From the NCBI GenBank assembly GCA_014378345.1, contig JACMNW010000052.1, forward strand, positions 1 through 32,180: a stretch of DNA of 32,180 nucleotides, read 5' to 3'. Below are positions 10,637 through 18,253 of this stretch, piece by piece. The notes beneath the pieces were generated by a model. That model saw nothing but the letters and a program-made list of their open reading frames with translations. It was not told the origin of the DNA and ran no database searches. The translations under genes and the position numbers were made by a program. The stretch comes from Pseudorhodobacter sp. (GTDB lineage Bacteria; Pseudomonadota; Alphaproteobacteria; Rhodobacterales; Rhodobacteraceae). How positions within the stretch are numbered: position 1 is the first letter of the stretch; every line of letters begins with the position of its first letter.

Positions 10637-10673
10637 TTCGTCACGCAGCTTTTTAACGCGTGACGAATTTTTT
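10637..10673 (+). terminator. intrinsic-terminator-like hairpin whose U-tract is on the plus strand (may also serve as the leuA 3' hairpin)
   Basis: A perfect 10-bp stem, TTCGTCACGC (10637-10646) / GCGTGACGAA (10658-10667), with an 11-nt loop. It is followed by TTTTTT (10668-10673) on the plus strand. On the minus strand the stem is followed by AUGGCUG, with no U-tract. Confidence 0.45.
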
Positions 10674-10685
10674 GGTCAGCCCGGC

Positions 10686-12269
10686 TCAGGATTGATCTTT
10701 GTAGTGGATCGACTTGGTATCGTCGCCCGGCGCAGATGATTTGCGGCGCTGGATCAGGCGGTTCAGCGCATTAATATAAGCTTTCACCGAAGCTACGACC
10801 GTATCTGTATCGGCTGATTGGCCAGTTGCAATACGTCCGTCTTCTTCAACACGCACCGATACGGTTGCTTGTGCGTCGGTGCCTTCTGTTACGGCGTGTA
10901 CCTGATAAAGTTGCAACCGTGCGCCGTGCGGATACAGCATTTTTACGGCATTGAACGCAGCATCAACAGGCCCGTCACCTGTTGCATCAATCGAATGGTC
11001 AACCCCTTCGATGGTCAGGGTCAGTTCCGCCTCTTGCGGGCCATCGGTGCCGCAAACCACGCGCAGGCGTTTGATCTGCAGCGTGTCATGCGCCTCAGAA
11101 GTCCCGTGATCTTGCATCAGCGCGATCAGGTCATCGTCGTAGACTTCCTTTTTGCGGTCGGCCAGAGCTTTGAACCGCACAAAGACATCGGCCAACTGAT
11201 TGTCGGCCAGTTCAAACCCCAGATCGCGCAGCTTTGCGCGCAGGGCCGCACGGCCCGAATGTTTGCCCATCACCAATGAAGTTTCCGCAAGCCCGATATC
11301 CGTAGGCCGCATGATTTCAAAGGTTTCCGCGTTTTTCAGCATACCATCCTGATGAATGCCGGATTCATGCGCGAACGCATTTTTGCCGACGATCGCTTTG
11401 TTGAACTGTACAGCAAAGCCCGACACAGTGGCCACTTTGCGTGAGATATTCATGATTTTGGTCGTATCAATGCGCGTGCGGTAGGGCAAAATATCATTGC
11501 GCACTTTCATCGCCATCACCACTTCTTCCAAGGCGGTGTTGCCCGCCCGTTCGCCAAGCCCGTTAATGGTGCATTCGATCTGGCGCGCGCCCGCCTCGAC
11601 AGCCGCCAGTGCATTGGCAGTAGCCATGCCCAGATCGTTGTGGCAATGCGTGGCAAAGATGATGTTATCGGCGCCCGGAACCCGTTCCAACAGCATGCGG
11701 ATCAGGGACGAGCTTTCGCGCGGCGCGATGTAGCCTACCGTGTCGGGGATATTCAGCGTGGTAGCCCCGGCCAAAATCGCAATTTCAACCACGCGGCACA
11801 GATAATCATGTTCCGTTCGCGTGGCGTCCATTGGCGACCACTGCACATTGTCACACAAATTGCGCGCATGGGTCACAGTTTCGTGGATCCGTTCAGCCAT
11901 CTGGTCCATCGTCAGATCATGCATGGCACGGTGCAGCGGTGATGTGCCGATAAACGTATGGATGCGCGGTGATTTCGCATGTTTCACCGCCTCCCAGCAG
12001 CGATCAATGTCTTTGAAATTTGCGCGTGCCAGTCCGCAGATGGTGGCGGTATTGCTTTGCTTGGCAATGGCGCTGACCGCCGCAAAATCGCCCTCCGAGG
12101 CAATCGGAAAACCAGCCTCGATAATATCCACGCCCATATCATCCAGCAGATGTGCTATCTCCAGCTTTTCATTGTGCGTCATCGTGGCACCCGGCGACTG
12201 CTCGCCATCGCGCAGGGTGGTATCAAAGATCAAGACACGGGGTTGCGTGCTTTTGTCGGTCATCGTCAT
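10686..12269 (-). CDS. leuA: 2-isopropylmalate synthase
   Basis: 527-aa ORF. The N-terminus RVLIFDTTLRDGEQSPG, the HxH metal site (ATHCHNDLGMATAN) and a C-terminal LeuA dimerisation/regulatory domain are present. Confidence 0.97.
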   Translation of the reverse strand: MTMTDKSTQPRVLIFDTTLRDGEQSPGATMTHNEKLEIAHLLDDMGVDIIEAGFPIASEGDFAAVSAIAKQSNTATICGLARANFKDIDRCWEAVKHAKSPRIHTFIGTSPLHRAMHDLTMDQMAERIHETVTHARNLCDNVQWSPMDATRTEHDYLCRVVEIAILAGATTLNIPDTVGYIAPRESSSLIRMLLERVPGADNIIFATHCHNDLGMATANALAAVEAGARQIECTINGLGERAGNTALEEVVMAMKVRNDILPYRTRIDTTKIMNISRKVATVSGFAVQFNKAIVGKNAFAHESGIHQDGMLKNAETFEIMRPTDIGLAETSLVMGKHSGRAALRAKLRDLGFELADNQLADVFVRFKALADRKKEVYDDDLIALMQDHGTSEAHDTLQIKRLRVVCGTDGPQEAELTLTIEGVDHSIDATGDGPVDAAFNAVKMLYPHGARLQLYQVHAVTEGTDAQATVSVRVEEDGRIATGQSADTDTVVASVKAYINALNRLIQRRKSSAPGDDTKSIHYKDQS

Positions 12270-12297
12270 GGTCCTGTTTTTTGGGGTTTTGCTTCAA

Positions 12298-12467
12298 CTT
12301 TCGGGCGCTGTCATATCCGAGCGGCCGCACCCGAAAGGGCACGCTCAGCGCAGCGTAAGAAGAAGCAGGCCTTGGCCAGAAAGCACGCCCAAAGAGCACG
12401 CAAAAAGCACGCAAAAAGCACGCAAAGCAGTGGCGAATTTATGTTCCCGTTCCATCGCCGCAAGCAT
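12298..12467 (-). promoter_or_regulatory. candidate leuA leader: 40-codon ORF (12345-12467) ending in GLLLLTLR-stop, plus overlapping alternative RNA helices
   Basis: Hand translation of the minus strand gives MLAAMEREHKFATALRAFCVLFACSLGVLSGQGLLLLTLR*. There are four consecutive Leu codons at 12357-12368 and a fifth at 12351-12353. Downstream there is an 11-bp helix, 12327-12337 / 12298-12308 (CUUUCGGGUGC/GCGCCCGAAAG, one G-U). A competing helix at 12319-12346 overlaps the stop codon. There is no U-tract after the helix and no clear SD. Confidence 0.35.
12380..12430. repeat. four and a half tandem copies of an 11-bp unit (AAAAAGCACGC consensus)
   Basis: Read directly: AAAGCACGCCC AAAGAGCACGC AAAAAGCACGC AAAAAGCACGC AAAGCAG. 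These are A-tracts phased at 11 bp, 110-160 bp upstream of the leuA ATG. Confidence 0.8.
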
Positions 12468-12633
12468 AGGGAGGATTTTGCGAAAGAAAAGCAGCTTTTC
12501 ATTTTGGTCTGAAAATCCCCGCCGGAGGCACCTGTTTTAAGGGTCAAATGCCTGCGGCGCGGATATTTAAGCCAAAATGAATTGCGCAGCCGGTTTGCGG
12601 CGCTAGATACTGCGAGGCACAATGGAGGCAGCT

Positions 12634-13299
12634 ATGGAACGGGCACTGGTGATTGGGGCGTCGGGGGGAATTGGTCGATCTTTGGTCAGCGCCCTGCAGG
12701 GCAGGGGTGCGCAGGTGACCGGTCTGTCGCGGTCTGGTGACGGGCTGGATGTCACCGATGAGGTCAGCATTATCAAGGTGTTGGCAGCGGTCGAGGGGCT
12801 GTTTGATACAGTGATTGTGGCGACTGGGGCGCTTGAAATTGGCGCGCACAAGCCTGAAAAATCGCTTCGCGCCTTGGACCCGGCAGCGCTTGCGGCACAA
12901 TTTGCTTTGAACGCCACTGGGCCTGCTTTGGTTTTGAAACATGCCTTGCGGTTGATGCCGAAAGACCGCCCGGTGCGATTTGCCCCGTTGTCTGCGCGGG
13001 TGGCCTCGATCGGGGATAATGCGCTGGGGGGGTGGTATTCGTACCGGGCTGCAAAGGCCGCGTTGAACCAGTTGATCCATTCGGCTGCCATCGAAGTGGC
13101 GCGCAGCCATCCTCAGGCAGTCATAGCACTGGTGCATCCAGGCACCGTGGCTACCGGGTTTGGTGCCGCTTATATCGGCAATCATCCCACTGTTACGCCG
13201 GAGGTTGCGGCTGCAAATGTCTTGGCGGTTCTGGGTGGGCTGACCCAAACCGATACCGGCGGGTTCTTTGATTGGGCTGGCAAGCGCATTTCATGGTAG
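12634..13299 (+). CDS. short-chain dehydrogenase/reductase (SDR) family oxidoreductase
   Basis: The ORF is 12622-13299. I prefer the ATG at 12634 because GGAGG (12624-12628) sits 5 nt upstream. There is a TGxxxGIG-type cofactor motif (VIGASGGIGRSL) and a catalytic YxxxK (YRAAK). Confidence 0.85.
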   Translation: MERALVIGASGGIGRSLVSALQGRGAQVTGLSRSGDGLDVTDEVSIIKVLAAVEGLFDTVIVATGALEIGAHKPEKSLRALDPAALAAQFALNATGPALVLKHALRLMPKDRPVRFAPLSARVASIGDNALGGWYSYRAAKAALNQLIHSAAIEVARSHPQAVIALVHPGTVATGFGAAYIGNHPTVTPEVAAANVLAVLGGLTQTDTGGFFDWAGKRISW

Positions 13300-14825
13300 C
13301 CCCGCGATTGATCCTGATCCTTGGGGATCAGCTAACACTGGGATTATCCGCACTGCGGGCCGCAGACAAAGCCCTTGATGTTGTGGTGATGGCCGAGGTG
13401 ATGGCCGAAGGCACTTATGTGCCGCATCATCCACAGAAGATTGCGTTGGTCCTGACGGCAATGCGAAAGTTCGCGGCGGCGCTTTCGGCTGATGGCTGGC
13501 ACGTGGCTTATGCACGGCTTGATGATCCGCAAACCGGGGCGAGCATCGGCGCAGAGTTGCTGCGGCGTGCTGCGGAATTCGGGGCTACTGATGTGATTGC
13601 CACGCGACCCGGCGAATGGCGGCTGATCACAGCGCTGGAGACATTGCCGCTAAGCGTGACGTTGCTGCCGGATGACCGTTTCATTTGTTCAGAGATCGAG
13701 TTTTCCGAATGGGCATCGGGGCGCAAACAAATGCGCATGGAATATTTCTACCGCGATATGCGCCGGAAAACCGGGTTGATGATGGACGGCGACAAGCCCG
13801 CCGGTGGGCAGTGGAATTTTGATCATGACAACCGCAAGCCCGCCACTTCTGATATGTTTCGCACAGCGCCACTACGCTTTGTACCCGATGCGGTGACTGA
13901 AGAAGTATTGGCGCTGGTGGGTGCGCGGTTCGGCAATAATTTTGGCAAGTTGCATCCTTTTGGTTGGGCCACAGACAGGGCAGGGGCTCTTCGGGCGTTG
14001 GACCATTTCATAATCCATGCGTTGCCGACCTTTGGTGATTACCAAGACGCTATGTTATCGGCGGATCCGGTTCTATCGCATGCGCTGCTATCACCTTATT
14101 TGAATATTGGCCTGCTATCGCCAATCGAAGTGTGCCAACGGGCTGAGACGGCCTGGAGGGCAGGTGATGTGCCGATCAATGCTGCAGAAGGGTTCATCCG
14201 GCAAATCATCGGCTGGCGGGAATTCGTGCGCGGCATTTATTTTCAGCATGGGCCAGACTATGCCGCCCAAAATGGCCTGGGCCATTCCCGTGATTTGCCA
14301 GCCCTGTATTGGGGTGCGCCGACCAAAATGAACTGCTTGTCCCATGCGGTCGGACAAACGCGCGATTTGGCTTATGCGCATCACATCCAGCGTCTGATGG
14401 TCACAGGCAATTTTGCGCTGCTGGCAGGGGTTGATCCGGGCCATGTGCATGATTGGTATCTGGCGGTCTACATCGATGCCTTCGAATGGGTCGAGGCACC
14501 CAATACGATCGGCATGAGCCAGCACGCTGACGGCGGCGTATTAGGGTCAAAGCCCTATGTTTCGTCTGGTGCCTACATCGAGAGGATGTCGGATTATTGC
14601 AAAAACTGCGCGTATAGTGTGAAGGAAAAGGCCGGGCCAAACGCATGCCCTTTTAACTTACTTTACTGGCATTTTCTAATCCGTCACCGTGACCGGTTTG
14701 CCGCCAATCCCCGCATGGCGCAGATGTACCGCGTTTGGGACAAAATGGAAGGCGGTCACAAAAGCCGTGTGATCGATGATGCGACCAGCTTTTTGGCAAA
14801 GATGGACAGTGGCGCCTTAATCTGA
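13293..14825 (+). CDS. cryptochrome/photolyase family protein of the FeS-BCP / prokaryotic (6-4) photolyase type (PhrB/CryB-like)
   Basis: The ORF is 13272-14825. A start at 13293 gives MVAPRLILILGDQL and an ATGGTAG overlap with the SDR stop. The C-terminal half has a Cys (MNCLSHAV) followed by C-x2-C-x12-C (DYCKNCAYSVKEKAGPNAC). This is the four-Cys pattern known to hold the [4Fe-4S] cluster in this subfamily. Confidence 0.88.
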   Translation: MVAPRLILILGDQLTLGLSALRAADKALDVVVMAEVMAEGTYVPHHPQKIALVLTAMRKFAAALSADGWHVAYARLDDPQTGASIGAELLRRAAEFGATDVIATRPGEWRLITALETLPLSVTLLPDDRFICSEIEFSEWASGRKQMRMEYFYRDMRRKTGLMMDGDKPAGGQWNFDHDNRKPATSDMFRTAPLRFVPDAVTEEVLALVGARFGNNFGKLHPFGWATDRAGALRALDHFIIHALPTFGDYQDAMLSADPVLSHALLSPYLNIGLLSPIEVCQRAETAWRAGDVPINAAEGFIRQIIGWREFVRGIYFQHGPDYAAQNGLGHSRDLPALYWGAPTKMNCLSHAVGQTRDLAYAHHIQRLMVTGNFALLAGVDPGHVHDWYLAVYIDAFEWVEAPNTIGMSQHADGGVLGSKPYVSSGAYIERMSDYCKNCAYSVKEKAGPNACPFNLLYWHFLIRHRDRFAANPRMAQMYRVWDKMEGGHKSRVIDDATSFLAKMDSGALI

Positions 14826-14840
14826 ACCCGCGGGTATCAA

Positions 14841-16322
14841 TCAACCCCCGTCAGGGGCTGGGGCGGTGCCCTCGGCAGGCACCGCAGCACCATTTTGTGG
14901 GGTTGTGGCGGCAGAGGGCCCAGTCAAACCTCCTCCTGTCCATTCCCCCGCAGCTTCATCACCTGAGGCATAACGCATTACACCCTGGCCTTGCCGTTTG
15001 CCTTTGGCAAACAGCCCTTCATAGACGTCGCCGTTGGCATAGGTTGCAATGCCTGCGCCATCAATCTCGCCTGCTTTCCATGACCCGGTGTATTTGAATC
15101 CGTCTTTCATAGTAATTTCACCTTGGCCTTCGCGTTGGCCATTGACGAAATCACCCTTATAAACCGTGCCGTCTGCATATGTTGCAGTGCCGCGGCCTTG
15201 GCGTTGACCTTCGCTCCACGCGCCGTCGTACAGATAACCGTCGGGATAGGTCATGACGCCCTGACCTTGGGGTTTGGCATCAGCAAAACTGCCCTCATAG
15301 ACAAGTCCATTGGCATAGGTGGCGCGGCCCTTGCCTGCGATGGCCCCAGCCTTCCACAACCCTTCATAGGTGGACCCATCGGCATAGGTTATCTTGCCAG
15401 TGCCATCGGCCTGATCGCCCTTGAACTGCCCCACATAAACTGACTTGTCGGGGTAAGTGACTGTGCCTTCCCCTGCAATCTGACCTTCGATCCATGTGCC
15501 ATCATAAAGATAGCCATCGGCCCCGCGAAACACGCCTTTGCCCTGCCGTTTATCACTGGCAAAATCACCCTCATAGACATCACCATTCCCGTAGGTCACA
15601 CGGCCTCTGCCCTGACGTTGGCCGTTGACCAGCGGGCCTTCGTAAACATCCCCGTTAGGCTGGGTCAGTTTGCCCAGGCCGTTGATTTGCCCGTCTGCCC
15701 AAAGGCCGACATAGGTCAACCCATCAGGCATCGTCAGCGTGCCCTTGCCAGACCGTTGCCCACGCACAAGATCATCCGTGTAGACGGCGCCATCGGGATA
15801 GGTGATCTTGCCTGTCCCCTCTTTGACACCCTTGATCCATGTTCCCTCATAACGATAGCCACCCGGATTTTCGATCACACCCTTGCCGTCGTGCACACCG
15901 TCTATGAACGCGCCAGTATAGACCGCGCCATTGGCATAGTGCGCGACGCCGATGCCTGTCATCTTGCCATCTGCCCAATCACCGTCATAGGTGCCACCAT
16001 CGGCAAAAGTGATTTTGCCTTTGCCATGCGGTTTGCCCGCGACGAACAACCCTACGTAGACGGATCCATTCGGAAACCGGGCTGTACCAGCGCCCTTAAT
16101 CTCGCCCGCGACCCATTCGCCGGTGTATTCATAACCATTTGCAAGTTTGTAGGTGCCGGTGCCATCCTGGCGGCCATCTTTAAAGGTGCCTTCATAGATT
16201 GATCCATCATCATATTGCTTGGAAATAACTTCTTGTGCGGCCGCAATGCTGCAAAACGCGGCGCTGAAAACAGCTGCAAGGCATGCGGCCCTGAATGTGT
16301 AATTGCTGACCCGAGTTTTCAC
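14841..16322 (-). CDS. secreted MORN-repeat protein (signal peptide + 18 MORN repeats + Pro/Ala/Gly tail)
   Basis: 493-aa ORF with an N-terminal signal-like segment (AACLAAVFSAAFCSIAAA/QE). It is followed by uninterrupted 23-aa units of the form Y-x-G-x-[WF]-x-x-G-x-x-x-G-x-G-x-x-x-[YF]-x-x-G-x-x. Confidence 0.9.
   Translation of the reverse strand: MKTRVSNYTFRAACLAAVFSAAFCSIAAAQEVISKQYDDGSIYEGTFKDGRQDGTGTYKLANGYEYTGEWVAGEIKGAGTARFPNGSVYVGLFVAGKPHGKGKITFADGGTYDGDWADGKMTGIGVAHYANGAVYTGAFIDGVHDGKGVIENPGGYRYEGTWIKGVKEGTGKITYPDGAVYTDDLVRGQRSGKGTLTMPDGLTYVGLWADGQINGLGKLTQPNGDVYEGPLVNGQRQGRGRVTYGNGDVYEGDFASDKRQGKGVFRGADGYLYDGTWIEGQIAGEGTVTYPDKSVYVGQFKGDQADGTGKITYADGSTYEGLWKAGAIAGKGRATYANGLVYEGSFADAKPQGQGVMTYPDGYLYDGAWSEGQRQGRGTATYADGTVYKGDFVNGQREGQGEITMKDGFKYTGSWKAGEIDGAGIATYANGDVYEGLFAKGKRQGQGVMRYASGDEAAGEWTGGGLTGPSAATTPQNGAAVPAEGTAPAPDGG
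14955..16196 (-). repeat. 18 contiguous in-frame 69-bp coding repeats (MORN units)
   Basis: Counted by hand. Residues 43-456 of the protein parse into exactly 18 x 23 aa with no spacers, from YEGTFKDGRQDGTGTYKLANGYE to YEGLFAKGKRQGQGVMRYASGDE. Confidence 0.85.
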
Positions 16323-16520
16323 CAGATTTCCCCCTGCTTTGGTATGGTTGCAGGTCAGCGCTGAAAACCACTGCCGACTCTGCCTTAAACGTCTTGGGCA
16401 GCCTATCTGCGGCCTTTGGGTGTGACAAGCGCACGGCGTGCTCTATCGGCTTTTCCTCGCCCGCATCTCTGTTAGAAACGGGGGTGAACCACCCGAAAGA
16501 TTGCGTCAGAAAGAACCGAC

Positions 16521-18179
16521 ATGCCCGATACATTCCGCCTGACTTTGGCACAGCTAAACCCAACTGTTGGCGATCTTGCCGGAAATGCTGCCAAGGCACA
16601 GGCCGCTTGGGCTGTGGCGCGTGATGCGGGCGCAGATATGGTCGCGTTGACCGAGATGTTTATCACGGGCTACCAAACCCAGGATCTGGTGATGAAACCT
16701 GCCTTTGCGCGCGCGGCGATGGCGCAAATAGATGCGCTGGCATTGGCCTGCAAGGATGGCCCCGCATTGGGTATTGGTGGCCCCAACCTGAAAGATGGCA
16801 AACTTTATAACGCCTTTTATGTGCTTCAGGGCGGCAAGGTGTTGGCCACCGTGCAAAAACACAACCTGCCCAATGATGGGGTGTTTGACGAAAAGCGCGT
16901 ATTTTCGCCGTCGGACGTGCATGGACCTTATCGCATTGGGCCTTTGCGGATTGGCACCCCGATTTGTGAGGATGCTTGGCATCCCGAAGTGGCGGAAACC
17001 TTGGCGGAAACCGGGGCAGAGATTTTGCTGATCCCCAATGGATCGCCCTACCACCGCGGCAAGCCATCTTTGCGCATGAACTTGATGGTGGCCCGCGTGG
17101 TGGAAACGGGGCTGCCCTTGGTTTACCTGAACATGATCGGGGGGCAGGATGATCAGGTGTTTGATGGGGCATCTTTCGTGCTGAATCCCGGCGGGCATCT
17201 GGCGGCACAACTGCCGCAATTCGATGAAATGATCACCCATATTGATTTCAACAAAACCGCTGATGGCTGGCGGGCGAAACCTGGGCCTATGGCCGATATT
17301 CCGGTAATTTGGGAGGCTGATTATCGCACCTGTGTCATGGCGACCCGTGATTATCTGGCCAAAACGGGCTTCAAAAAGGTGCTGTTGGGTTTGTCGGGCG
17401 GCATAGATAGTGCGATTGTCGCCGCCATTGCCGCTGATGCAATCGGGCCGCAAAACGTGCGGTGCGTGATGCTACCGTCGGAATTTACCAGCCAGCACTC
17501 GCTGGATGACGCGATGGAGGTGGCCCGCAATATAGGCTGTCGTCTGGACACCGTGCCAATATCAGGCGCGCAAGCAGCGGTGGGTGACGCTTTGGCGCAT
17601 CTGTTTGAAGGCTCTGAGCCGGGCCTGACCGAAGAAAACATTCAATCCCGTCTGCGCGGCGTGATGCTGATGGCATTGTCGAACAAATTTGGCGAAATGC
17701 TACTGACCACGGGGAACAAATCCGAGGTCGCGGTGGGCTATTGCACCATCTACGGCGATATGAATGGCGGCTTTAATCCGATCAAGGATATGTACAAAAC
17801 GCGCGTGTTTGAAACCTGCCGTTGGCGCAACGAAAATCATCGCGCGTGGATGCTTGCACCTGCGGGTGAAATGATCCCGGCGCGGGTTATTTCCAAACCG
17901 CCATCGGCTGAGTTGCGCCCCAATCAGCGCGACGATGACAGCCTGCCACCTTATCCTGTTTTGGATGCTATTCTGGATGGGTTGGTAGACCGCGAGCTTT
18001 CGGTTGCGGACATTGTGGCAGAAGGCTTTGATCTTGCAACCGTCAAACGGGTCGAACATATGCTTTACCTAAGTGAATACAAGCGCTTCCAAGCCGCCCC
18101 CGGAACCCGGCTTACGCCTAAAGCTTTTGGTCTGGATCGCCGCTATCCTATCGTGAACCGTTGGCGCGATCCTGGATGA
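16521..18179 (+). CDS. nadE: glutamine-dependent NAD+ synthetase (CN-hydrolase domain + NAD synthetase domain)
   Basis: 552-aa ORF. It has an N-terminal nitrilase-like domain (catalytic Cys context IGTPICEDAW) and a C-terminal PP-loop (LLGLSGGIDSA). Confidence 0.95.
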   Translation: MPDTFRLTLAQLNPTVGDLAGNAAKAQAAWAVARDAGADMVALTEMFITGYQTQDLVMKPAFARAAMAQIDALALACKDGPALGIGGPNLKDGKLYNAFYVLQGGKVLATVQKHNLPNDGVFDEKRVFSPSDVHGPYRIGPLRIGTPICEDAWHPEVAETLAETGAEILLIPNGSPYHRGKPSLRMNLMVARVVETGLPLVYLNMIGGQDDQVFDGASFVLNPGGHLAAQLPQFDEMITHIDFNKTADGWRAKPGPMADIPVIWEADYRTCVMATRDYLAKTGFKKVLLGLSGGIDSAIVAAIAADAIGPQNVRCVMLPSEFTSQHSLDDAMEVARNIGCRLDTVPISGAQAAVGDALAHLFEGSEPGLTEENIQSRLRGVMLMALSNKFGEMLLTTGNKSEVAVGYCTIYGDMNGGFNPIKDMYKTRVFETCRWRNENHRAWMLAPAGEMIPARVISKPPSAELRPNQRDDDSLPPYPVLDAILDGLVDRELSVADIVAEGFDLATVKRVEHMLYLSEYKRFQAAPGTRLTPKAFGLDRRYPIVNRWRDPG

Positions 18180-18253
18180 TTTTGCGCATGACGTCATAGA
18201 AATGTGACAAAAACCACGGTAAATTGGCGCTCTAGTCAAAATGGAGAATGCCA

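Noticed and set aside
12380-12430. Tandem repeat considered as a CRISPR or minisatellite array
   Set aside because: The units are only 11 bp, contiguous and without spacers, and no cas genes are present. It is reported instead as a phased A-tract repeat.
11821-12540. 239-aa plus-strand ORF spanning the leuA 5' part and the leuA upstream region
   Set aside because: It is antisense to leuA and has a low-complexity Ser/Arg/Ala-rich translation. There is no SD and no motifs.
12544-13248. 234-aa minus-strand ORF opposite the SDR gene
   Set aside because: It is a shadow frame of the SDR gene, which has clear cofactor and YxxxK motifs. Its translation is Arg/Pro/Gln-rich with no motifs.
15618-16202. 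194-aa plus-strand ORF within the MORN gene
   Set aside because: This antisense frame is kept open by the repetitive GC-rich MORN coding repeats. The minus-strand frame has perfect 23-aa periodicity and a signal peptide.
16323-16520. 198-bp spacer upstream of nadE examined for a riboswitch or NAD-regulator operator
   Set aside because: There are only short hairpins (GGGTG-aac-CACCC, GCACG-g-CGTGC), and I recognise no known motif. There is nothing supportable from sequence alone.
16554-17453. 299-aa minus-strand ORF inside nadE
   Set aside because: It is antisense to a well-supported NAD synthetase gene, has no recognisable motifs, and has the Arg/Pro/Gly-rich composition of a shadow ORF.
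18188-18197. Perfect 10-bp palindrome ATGACGTCAT (CRE-like) just after the nadE stop
   Set aside because: About 30 perfect 10-bp palindromes are expected by chance in 32 kb. There is no flanking T-tract and no second copy.
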